DNA of 64,000 bases from Thermomicrobiales bacterium (GTDB taxonomy: Bacteria; Chloroflexota; Chloroflexia; Thermomicrobiales; UBA6265). The notes under the pieces were generated by a model. That model was not told where the DNA came from and did no database searches. It worked only from the letters and a program-made list of their open reading frames with translations. Shown here piece by piece: positions 38,988-46,532 of this stretch. A program made the position numbers and the translations under genes. Positions within the stretch are counted from its first letter, which is position 1; the number at the start of each line of letters is the position of its first letter. The stretch covers positions 95,057 through 159,056 of the forward strand of contig JASGDN010000047.1 of assembly GCA_049841275.1 (NCBI GenBank). The letters run 5' to 3'.

Positions 38988-40064
38988 ATGTCCGTGGAGC
39001 GAGCCAACGCGAGCGCAACGAACGCCACCAACAATCCCAGGCTCACCGAGCGGCAGCAGGCCATCCTGAAGCTGATCGTGCAGGAGTACGTTGCATCCGG
39101 CCGGCCAGTCGGGTCGAAGACCTTGACCGAGCGCTATCCGGTGGGAGTATCCTCGGCCACGATCCGCAACGAGATGGTCGCGCTCGACGAGGCGGGGATG
39201 GTGGTGCAACCCCACACATCCGGTGGCCGCGTGCCGACGGATCAGGGGTATCGCTACTACGTGCATCACCTGATGGGGGCGCCGGAACTTTCTTCCGGCG
39301 ACCAGATCATGATCCGGCACCAGTTCCGGCAGGTGGAGTTCCAGCTGGACCAGTGGGTCGATTTCGCGGCGGCGGTGCTCGCCGAGACGGCTGGCAATGT
39401 CTCCATCGTCTCTGCACCGCGCACGATCACGGCCCGGCTCCGGCACTTCGAACTCATCTCCCTGCAGCCGCGGCTGGCGATGCTGATCCTGGTCACGCAG
39501 GAGAGTGCCGTCCGCCAGATGATGCTGCATCTGCCGGAGGATACGGAGCAGTCGATCCTGCGCAAGCTCTCGGATGAGCTGGTTCCCGATTTGCGGGGCA
39601 AGAGTGCCCGCGAGATCGCGGACCTCGCCGACATCGTCGGCACTTCGCCGCTGTCGCGGCTGGTGCTCGACCAGATCGCGACCGGGCTGGAAGGGCTTGA
39701 TTCGGTGGAGCGGACGCAGATCCGCCACTCCGGGATCGAGAACATCCTCGGGCAGCCAGAGTTCACAGGCAGCGCGGTTCACAGCGTGCTCGATCTCCTG
39801 CGAGGTGGCACGCTGCTTGGCGCCGTGCTTCCGCAACTCTCGGCAAGCGGGGATGTGCAGGTGTTCATCGGGGACGAGAATCCCCACGGGGCCCTGCGGC
39901 AGTTCGGCATCGTCGTGGCCACGTATGGCATCGACGGCGAGGCGACCGGCATCCTCGGCGTCCTGGGGCCGACACGCATGTCCTATTCCCGCTCCATCTC
40001 CTCGGTCCGGTATATGGCCCGGCTGATGAGCGACCTGATGGAAGACCTCTATTCGTCGGCCTGA
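38988..40064 (+). CDS. hrcA: Heat-inducible transcription repressor HrcA
   Basis: 'LTERQQAILKLIVQEYVASGRPVGSKTL...SSATIRNEM..LDEAG' winged-helix N-terminus, with CIRCE upstream. Start is ATG 38988, or GTG 38994 which has better SD spacing. Confidence 0.93.
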   Translation: MSVERANASATNATNNPRLTERQQAILKLIVQEYVASGRPVGSKTLTERYPVGVSSATIRNEMVALDEAGMVVQPHTSGGRVPTDQGYRYYVHHLMGAPELSSGDQIMIRHQFRQVEFQLDQWVDFAAAVLAETAGNVSIVSAPRTITARLRHFELISLQPRLAMLILVTQESAVRQMMLHLPEDTEQSILRKLSDELVPDLRGKSAREIADLADIVGTSPLSRLVLDQIATGLEGLDSVERTQIRHSGIENILGQPEFTGSAVHSVLDLLRGGTLLGAVLPQLSASGDVQVFIGDENPHGALRQFGIVVATYGIDGEATGILGVLGPTRMSYSRSISSVRYMARLMSDLMEDLYSSA

Positions 40065-40131
40065 CGCCGGCGATCTGCACGATCGGGCGGCGCGGGCGTG
40101 GTTGCGTTCCGGCCGCGAGCAGGAGTGAGCC

Positions 40132-40749
40132 GTGACCGAACCAGAACACGACAGTTTCAAGACCTGGCCGAATCCGTCGGCCGACGGGGAACCCGAAGCG
40201 ATGGTGATGGAGGATGAGGGCGCGGAAGACGCCGATCCGGCGTTCGCGCAACTCGCCGCCGTCTCCGCCGAGCGCGACGAATACCTCGACCAGCTGCAGC
40301 GCAGCCGCGCGGAGTTCGCCAACTACCGTCGCCGTGTCGAGCAGGAGCGCCAGGTCATCCGCGATCTGGCGAACCGCGATGCGCTGATCCAGTTCCTGCC
40401 AGTGGTCGACGATTTCGAGCGCGCCCTCGCGGCGGTGCCGGAGGCGGACCGGAGCGCTGGTTGGCTCTCTGGCATCACGCTGATCCAGCAGAAGCTGAAC
40501 GGCATCCTGGAGCGGGCCGGTGTCTCGCCGGTGGACGCGCTGGGGCAGCCGTTCGATCCCAGCCTCCACGAGGCGGTGGCGACCGAGCCGGGGACATCCG
40601 GCAGCCATGTTGTGGAGGTGTATCAGAAGGGGTATCGCGTGGGCGATCAGCTGGCCCGCCCGGCTATGGTGAAGACGGGAAACCCGCCCGCCGACACCGC
40701 ACATGACGCAGATGAATCCGCGGAGGACGCGCCAGCCTTCGACGCATAG
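40132..40749 (+). CDS. grpE: Nucleotide exchange factor GrpE
   Basis: GTG 40132 lies 6 nt after AGGAG. 'RSRAEFANYRRRVEQER' and 'FDPSLHEAV...V..V.QKGY' are GrpE signatures. Confidence 0.93.
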   Translation: MTEPEHDSFKTWPNPSADGEPEAMVMEDEGAEDADPAFAQLAAVSAERDEYLDQLQRSRAEFANYRRRVEQERQVIRDLANRDALIQFLPVVDDFERALAAVPEADRSAGWLSGITLIQQKLNGILERAGVSPVDALGQPFDPSLHEAVATEPGTSGSHVVEVYQKGYRVGDQLARPAMVKTGNPPADTAHDADESAEDAPAFDA

Positions 40750-40755
40750 CAGCCA

Positions 40756-40782
40756 GGGACAGGAGCACGGTGTTCCTGTCCC
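40756..40782 (+). terminator. Hairpin between grpE and dnaK (possible attenuator or processing site)
   Basis: GGGACAGGA-9 nt-TCCTGTCCC starts 7 nt after the grpE stop. No U-tract. Confidence 0.25.
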
Positions 40783-40853
40783 ATTCCGACACGACATTCA
40801 CGACGGCGATTGCTGGCGCGGTTGCCGGATGATAATAGAGGAGACCAGATCAC

Positions 40854-42782
40854 ATGGGACGAACCATCGGGATTGACCTCGGGACCACGAACTCCGTCGT
40901 TGCCACCATCGAGGGCGGCGAGCCGGCCGTGATCCCCAACGCCGAGGGTGAGCGCATCACCCCATCCGTCGTCGCCGTGACGAGCAGCGGCGAGCGCCTC
41001 GTCGGCCGCTTCGCGCGTCGCCAGGCCGTGACGAACCCGGAGAACACGATCTTCTCGATCAAGCGCTTCGTTGGCCGCAAGTTCAACGATCCCGCCGTCG
41101 AGCGTGACAAGAAGCTGGTTCCCTACAAACTGCAGGCGGCACCGAACGGCGACGTGCAGGTGAAGATGGGTGATCGCTGGTATTCGCCGGAAGAGATCTC
41201 GGCGATGATCCTGCAGAAGCTGAAGACCGATGCCGAGGCCTATCTCGGTGAGAAGGTCGACAAGGCCGTCATCACCGTACCGGCGTACTTCGACAACGCC
41301 CAGCGCGACGCGACCAAGGTCGCCGGCCAGATCGCCGGCCTCGAGGTGCTGCGCATCATCAACGAGCCGACCGCCTCGGCGCTCGCCTACGGCCTCGAGA
41401 AGAAGGGCGATGAGAAGATCGCCGTCTACGACCTCGGTGGCGGCACCTACGACATCTCCGTGCTCGATCTCTCCGATGGCGTCTTCCAGGTGATGGCGAC
41501 CAACGGCGATACGCACCTCGGTGGTGACGATTTCGACCAGGTCCTGATCGACTGGCTGGCCGACGAGTTCAAGAAGCAGGAAGGCATCGACCTCCGGCAG
41601 GACCGGATGGCCCTCCAGCGCCTGAAGGAGGCGGCGGAGAAGGCGAAGATCGAGCTTTCCAGCACGCAGCAGACCGACATCAACCTGCCGTTCATCACGG
41701 CGGACGCGAGCGGTCCGAAGCACCTGAACATCCCCCTCAGCCGCGCGAAATTCGAGCAGCTGGTGAGCCCGCTCGTCAGCCGCACGATCCCGCCGATGGA
41801 GGCCGCGCTGAAGGATGCCGGCATCGCCAAGGGTGAGATCGACGAGGCGCTGTTGGTGGGCGGCATGACCCGCATGCCGGCGGTGCAGAAGGAGGTCCAG
41901 ACCTTCTTCGGCAAGGAGCCGCACAAGGGTATCAACCCGGATGAGGTCGTTGCGATCGGCGCCGCGATCCAGGGCGGCGTGCTCGGCGGCGAGGTGAAGG
42001 ACATCCTGCTCCTCGATGTGACGCCGCTGACGCTCTCCATCGAGACCCTCGGTGGCGTGGCAACGCCGCTGATCGAGCGCAACACGACGATCCCGGCCCG
42101 CAAGAGCCAGATCTTCTCGACGGCGAGCGACAACCAGCCGCAGGTGGAGATCAATGTCCTGCAGGGCGAGCGCCCGATGGCGAGCGACAACAAGAGCCTT
42201 GGCCGTTTCATCCTCGACGGGATTCCGCCCGCCCCGCGTGGTGTGCCGAAGGTGGAAGTGACCTTCGACATCGATGCGAACGGCATCCTGAACGTCACGG
42301 CGAAGGACCAGGCGACGGGCAAGGAACAGAAGATCACGATCACCGGGTCGTCCGGTCTTTCGGACGATGAGGTGCAGCGGATGGTGAAGGAGGCGGAGGC
42401 GAATGCCGCCGTCGACGAGAAGCGTCGCGAGGCGATCCAGGTCCAGAACGAGGCCGAGAGCCTGGTCTTCCAGTCCGAGAAGACGCTGACCGAGCTGGGC
42501 GACAAGGTCCCGTCGGAGCTGAAGGCGGATGTGGAGACGAAGATCCAGAATCTCCGCAGCATTCTCGACAGCGATCGCGAGAATGTCGATCGCATCAAGC
42601 CGGCTCACGAGGAGCTGATGCAGGCGCTGTCCAAGGTGGGCGAGGCAGTCTACGCGGCGGGCGCCCAAGGCGACGCGGCGGGCTTTGATCCGGGCGCGGC
42701 TGGCGGCTTCGACGGCGCGGCCCCGGAGGACGACTCCACGGTCGAAGGCGAGTTCCGTGAAGTGAACGACGACAAGAACTAG
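40854..42782 (+). CDS. dnaK: Molecular chaperone DnaK (Hsp70)
   Basis: '[13 protein letters not shown]', '[12 protein letters not shown]' and '[14 protein letters not shown]'. 642 aa, full length. Confidence 0.97.
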   Translation: MGRTIGIDLGTTNSVVATIEGGEPAVIPNAEGERITPSVVAVTSSGERLVGRFARRQAVTNPENTIFSIKRFVGRKFNDPAVERDKKLVPYKLQAAPNGDVQVKMGDRWYSPEEISAMILQKLKTDAEAYLGEKVDKAVITVPAYFDNAQRDATKVAGQIAGLEVLRIINEPTASALAYGLEKKGDEKIAVYDLGGGTYDISVLDLSDGVFQVMATNGDTHLGGDDFDQVLIDWLADEFKKQEGIDLRQDRMALQRLKEAAEKAKIELSSTQQTDINLPFITADASGPKHLNIPLSRAKFEQLVSPLVSRTIPPMEAALKDAGIAKGEIDEALLVGGMTRMPAVQKEVQTFFGKEPHKGINPDEVVAIGAAIQGGVLGGEVKDILLLDVTPLTLSIETLGGVATPLIERNTTIPARKSQIFSTASDNQPQVEINVLQGERPMASDNKSLGRFILDGIPPAPRGVPKVEVTFDIDANGILNVTAKDQATGKEQKITITGSSGLSDDEVQRMVKEAEANAAVDEKRREAIQVQNEAESLVFQSEKTLTELGDKVPSELKADVETKIQNLRSILDSDRENVDRIKPAHEELMQALSKVGEAVYAAGAQGDAAGFDPGAAGGFDGAAPEDDSTVEGEFREVNDDKN

Positions 42783-42824
42783 GTCCGGGGAGCCACCGCA
42801 CCGGCGGCTCGATACCCAAGGCAC

Positions 42825-42856
42825 AACGGTGGATGGGAGTGTTTCCATCCGCCGTT
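42825..42856 (+). terminator. Terminator-like 14-bp-stem hairpin after dnaK (copy 1 of a 3-copy family)
   Basis: AACGGTGGATGGGA-gtgt-TTCCATCCGCCGTT followed by GTCGCGTT. It shares CCGCCGTTGTCGCGTT with the copy at 45761. Confidence 0.5.
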
Positions 42857-42968
42857 GTCGCGTTCCGGCGCGGTGGAACGATGCGGGCATGCCGGGCTAC
42901 AGCGATATGCGTTCCGGAGGCACCTATCCATGACGGGCAACGTCGTAGCCGTAAGGAGGTGTCAACCA

Positions 42969-44453
42969 ATGACGACGGAATCCCTGGTGACGAGTGCGAT
43001 GGAGGGCGATGCGGAGGCATTCGGCCAGTTGGTGACCCGGTATCAGGGGATGGCGTTCAGCTACGCGCTGGCAACCACGCGCGACTACCACTTGGCCGAG
43101 GATGCAACCCAGCAGGCGATGATCGTGGCTTATCGCAATCTCGCGGCGCTTCGCGATCCGCGCCGGTTCGGCGGCTGGCTGCGGGGAATCGTGCGGTTCG
43201 AGAGCCTGCGGATACTTCGCGATCGCGATCGCACGGATTCCCTCGATGGGGACGAGTCGCGCGAACCTATCGATGCGGCTGTCGATCTGGAGCGCCAGGC
43301 GGAGGTCGCGGTCGAGTTCGAGCGTGTGTCTGCGCTCATGGCGCAGTTGCCCGAGCGCCAGCGGGTCGTCGCCCAGCTCTACTACCTTGGCGATCGGTCG
43401 CAGGCGGCGGTCGCCGAGTTTCTGGGGCTTTCCGTCAGTGCTGTCAACAACCGCCTGCGTGAGGCGCGGTCCATCCTGCGCCAGGAAGGAGCTCACATCA
43501 TGAGCGATACACCTATCAATACCCCGGACTTCGCGGCGAGCGTTGGGAAGGTCATCCAGGCAGGCGGCGTGACGATCGATGCACGGATGGAGCGGAGTTC
43601 GCTGCCGCCGCTCCTGACTGCGGTCGAGATCGGGGACCGGGACCGGTCCGTGACGGCATTCGTGGCCCAGTACCTGAACGATGATGTGGCACGGCTGGTC
43701 GCGATCGATAGCGAACCGGGTGAGGTGGCTGGAGGGATGGCGGTGCGAAGCCGCCAGCGGGTCACCGACTTCCGGGCGTCCGACGCGGTGATTCAGCGGC
43801 TTGTCGCCATGTCGCGGCCGGCCGCCGAGCCGGTGGGGATCGAGACAGGCATCAAGGTGATCGACCTCTTCGCGCCGCTGGTCGATGGGGGGACGGTGGC
43901 GGTGGTCGGGGCGCGCAATGTCGGGAAGATCGTGGTGGTGCAGGAACTCGCGCGGCGTCTGACCGCAAGCGGCCAGCGGGCCACCATCCTCGTGTTCGTC
44001 CAGTCGCCCGATGAGCTTGGTGCGATTCACCAACTCGATGTCCGGATCGATGGCACGGTGACGGTGGTGGCCGTGCCGGTCGCCGATGCCTCCCCGGATG
44101 TCCTCGCCAGTGGGTTGCAGCAGGTCGATACCGTGCTCGCCATGTCGCGAGAACTTGGTGTCGAGCAGATGTATCCGGCGATCGATCCGCTGATGTCGCG
44201 CTCGATTGCGGTGGAAGTCCCCGCCCTCGTGGAGCGGGCGAGGGAGGCGCTGCGCACGCATCCGGGAGACGGGCGGATGCGTCTGTTGCGCGCCTACCTG
44301 ACGCAGCCGTTCTTCGTCGCTGAGCCGTATACGGGGCGCCCCGGCGTGTCCGTCGATGCGGGAGTGGCGGCTGCGGATGTGGCGCGCATCCTGGATGGCG
44401 ATGTGTCGGGCCTGACGGTCGACGGCGTGATGATGGGCGCATCGTTGGCATAG
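42969..44453 (+). CDS. ECF (group IV) sigma-70 factor fused in-frame to a degenerate F1-ATPase beta-subunit-like domain
   Basis: ATG 42969 follows AAGGAGG. Residues 1-175 carry sigma regions 2 and 4. Residues 178-494 align block-wise with AtpD ('[13 protein letters not shown]', 'YPAIDPL', '[11 protein letters not shown]') but have a degenerate P-loop 'GARNVGKI' and lack the central catalytic segment. Confidence 0.8.
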   Translation: [494 protein letters not shown]

Positions 44454-44495
44454 GGCGAATCGGTAGCGGTCGGTTGACGTATTGTCGGACAGGGC

Positions 44496-44527
44496 AACGG
44501 CGGGCGGGAGCAATCCTGTCCGCCGTT
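44496..44527 (+). terminator. Terminator-like hairpin after the sigma fusion gene (copy 2 of the family)
   Basis: AACGGCGGGCGGGA-GCAA-TCCTGTCCGCCGTT. 23 nt (CGGGAGCAATCCTGTCCGCCGTT) are identical to the copy at 45761. Confidence 0.5.
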
Positions 44528-44554
44528 CGGCGTCGGGAAGTCTGACTGGCCCGG

Positions 44555-44584
44555 TTGACACCGCACGATTGCACGCACTAGGAT
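44555..44584 (+). promoter_or_regulatory. Sigma-70-type promoter candidate for the orphan binding-protein gene
   Basis: TTGACA (44555-44560), 18-nt spacer, TAGGAT (44579-44584). Confidence 0.4.
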
Positions 44585-44591
44585 GCTGATA

Positions 44592-44616
44592 ATACCCGAC
44601 TTATGTAGTCGGGTAT
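44592..44616. promoter_or_regulatory. Perfect 9-bp inverted repeat just downstream of the -10 (operator or 5'-UTR hairpin)
   Basis: ATACCCGAC-ttatgta-GTCGGGTAT starts 8 nt after the -10. This is the same geometry as CIRCE at hrcA. Confidence 0.45.
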
Positions 44617-44690
44617 GTGATTGCCTGACGGCTCTTTCCTCGAACGCATTGCCGATGGGACTCTGGGTCCCGTTTCGGAAGGGATGTTTG

Positions 44691-45719
44691 ATGTCTTCTC
44701 GCACCGCGAATCGCCGCGCATTCGCTCTCGCCGGATCGGCAATCGGGATATCTGCCGTCGCACCGGTTGCTGCGCGGCAAGCGACGCCTGATGCAACCCC
44801 TGCGACCCCCGGCGCGACTCCTGCGACGCCGGGCGGGTGGTCCTTCGTCGACGACCGTGGGACCACGGTCGAGCGGGAGGCGACGCCGACAGCCGTAGCG
44901 GCGATGACGTATGCCGCGCAGTCGCTGTATGACTTCGGGTATACCGTCGCTGCGTTCTTCGGACCGGACGCCAACACCGATCAATCGGGGGAGTTCAACA
45001 CCGTTGGTGATCTCGATTTCACGGACATCCCGTATCTTGGCGGGCTGAATGCCGAGTTCGATCTCGAAGCCGTCATCGCCAACAAGATCGACCTGGCGGT
45101 GAGCTATTCGCTGCCGACCGGACCGGATGCCTGGTCGTTGTGGTTCCTGGAAACCGCCGAACCGACCTTGTTGAAGTACGCGCCAACGCTTGGAATCGCC
45201 ATGGCGGCGGAATCGGCCGCCGCCAGCGTCGAGCGTTTCCGCGAGCTTGCACGCGCGCTTGGGGCCGATGTCGACACGCCGGAGATCGAAGCGGAGCGCG
45301 AGCATTTCGAATCGGCGATCGACAGTCTCAAGGCCACAGCGGCGGCCCGTCCCGAGCTGACGGTGGCGGTGATCCGCAACTCCGACAGTGGCGTGATCGT
45401 GCCGAACTACGATTACTTCGGCGATCTCATCTTCTTCAAGGAATGCGGTGTGCAGTTCATCGGGAACGATCCCAAGCATGTTTCCGAATGGGGAGAATCC
45501 TGGTACGCCTATTCCTACGAGGAGCTCGACCAGCTTTCCGCCGATGTGATCCTCACGCTCGGGGACCTGTCCGAAGTCGGCACCTTCGAGATCCTGCCGG
45601 CGGTCGTGGCCAAGCAGCTTGGCGTCTGGCAGACGGTGAAGCGTCTCAGCTACAAGGGTTTCGCGAGTCCGGTCGAGGAGCTCGCCACCTTGCTGACCAA
45701 TGCCGAGAAGGTAGCGTAG
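44691..45719 (+). CDS. Tat-exported periplasmic binding protein (Peripla_BP_2 / siderophore-binding-like), orphan
   Basis: ATG 44691 follows GGAAGGGA. Twin-arginine signal 'SRTANRRAFALAGSAIGISAVAPVAA' followed by a 'ATPATPGATPATPG' linker. The body resembles cluster-A SBPs (weak, by eye). No adjacent permease or ATPase. Confidence 0.65.
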   Translation: MSSRTANRRAFALAGSAIGISAVAPVAARQATPDATPATPGATPATPGGWSFVDDRGTTVEREATPTAVAAMTYAAQSLYDFGYTVAAFFGPDANTDQSGEFNTVGDLDFTDIPYLGGLNAEFDLEAVIANKIDLAVSYSLPTGPDAWSLWFLETAEPTLLKYAPTLGIAMAAESAAASVERFRELARALGADVDTPEIEAEREHFESAIDSLKATAAARPELTVAVIRNSDSGVIVPNYDYFGDLIFFKECGVQFIGNDPKHVSEWGESWYAYSYEELDQLSADVILTLGDLSEVGTFEILPAVVAKQLGVWQTVKRLSYKGFASPVEELATLLTNAEKVA

Positions 45720-45760
45720 GCGCTTCGCTCGCGGGCGGGGCCACCCGGCATATAGAATGC

Positions 45761-45792
45761 GGCGGCGGACGGGAGCAATCCTGTCCGCCGTT
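45761..45792 (+). terminator. Terminator-like hairpin after the binding-protein gene (copy 3 of the family)
   Basis: GGCGGCGGACGGGA-GCAA-TCCTGTCCGCCGTT followed by GTCGCGTT. Confidence 0.5.
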
Positions 45793-45869
45793 GTCGCGTT
45801 TCGTCCGCCTTTCCCGGTATGGTGATGAGGACTGGCCGTTGAGAAGGGGTATCCAGCGAGGAGGCGTGC

Positions 45870-46526
45870 ATGTCCAGCATCCGGATCGCGATCGAATCGA
45901 CACCGAAGAAGACGTTTGCATCGGCGCTCGACTGGCCGGGATGGAGCCGGTCGGGGAAGACCGAAGACGCGGCAATCGCGACGCTGCTCTCCTACGCCGA
46001 CCGCTACCGCGCCATCGTCGCGCGGGCAGGACTCACGCTCCCGTCATCGTCCGAGGTGGAGGTGATCGATCGGCAGCCGGGCGATGGTTCGACCGAGTTC
46101 GGCGTGCCGGGACGGGTTCACGCGGTCGACCATGAGCCGTTGGAGGGGGACGAGCTGGAGCGTCAGGTCGCCCTGCTCACCGCATGCTGGGATGAGTTCT
46201 TTGCGGTTGCGGCGCGGGTGACGCCGGAACTGAAGAAGGGTCCGCGCGGGGGAGGGCGCGACCGCGACAAGATCGTGGCGCACGTCGTGGAGGCCGATCG
46301 GAATTACGCCCGGCAGCTGGGCGTGACGACGAAGCCGTTCGCATTGGAGCCGCTCGACCGGGATGCGTTCGATGTGCACTGGCAGGCGGTGCTTGCCGTC
46401 ATCCCGGACTATGCGGACGGCCATACGCGGACGGAGAAGAGCTGGCCGTTGCGATACACGATCAGGCGCATGGCGTGGCACATCCTCGATCATGCGTGGG
46501 AGATGGAGGACAAGACGCTGGGATGA
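45870..46526 (+). CDS. Hypothetical protein (218 aa), possibly DinB/YfiT-like helical bundle
   Basis: ORF with GC-rich third positions. The C-terminal 'MAWHILDHAWEMED' His-rich motif is reminiscent of the DinB superfamily (weak). Confidence 0.5.
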   Translation: MSSIRIAIESTPKKTFASALDWPGWSRSGKTEDAAIATLLSYADRYRAIVARAGLTLPSSSEVEVIDRQPGDGSTEFGVPGRVHAVDHEPLEGDELERQVALLTACWDEFFAVAARVTPELKKGPRGGGRDRDKIVAHVVEADRNYARQLGVTTKPFALEPLDRDAFDVHWQAVLAVIPDYADGHTRTEKSWPLRYTIRRMAWHILDHAWEMEDKTLG

Positions 46527-46532
46527 TCGGGG

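Noticed and set aside
40647-42890. 747-aa minus-strand ORF
   Set aside because: It is antisense to full-length dnaK. This is a shadow ORF with Arg/Leu/Asp-rich composition and no motifs.
42875-42905. GGAAC at 42875 as an ECF-type -35 for autoregulation of the sigma fusion
   Set aside because: No CGTC/CGTT-type -10 lies at 16-17 nt spacing. A single pentamer is not evidence.
42924-44561. 545-aa minus-strand ORF opposite the sigma fusion
   Set aside because: The plus-strand frame carries unmistakable sigma-70 and F1-beta blocks, an SD and a sensible start. The minus frame is Arg/His/Pro-rich with no recognisable domain.
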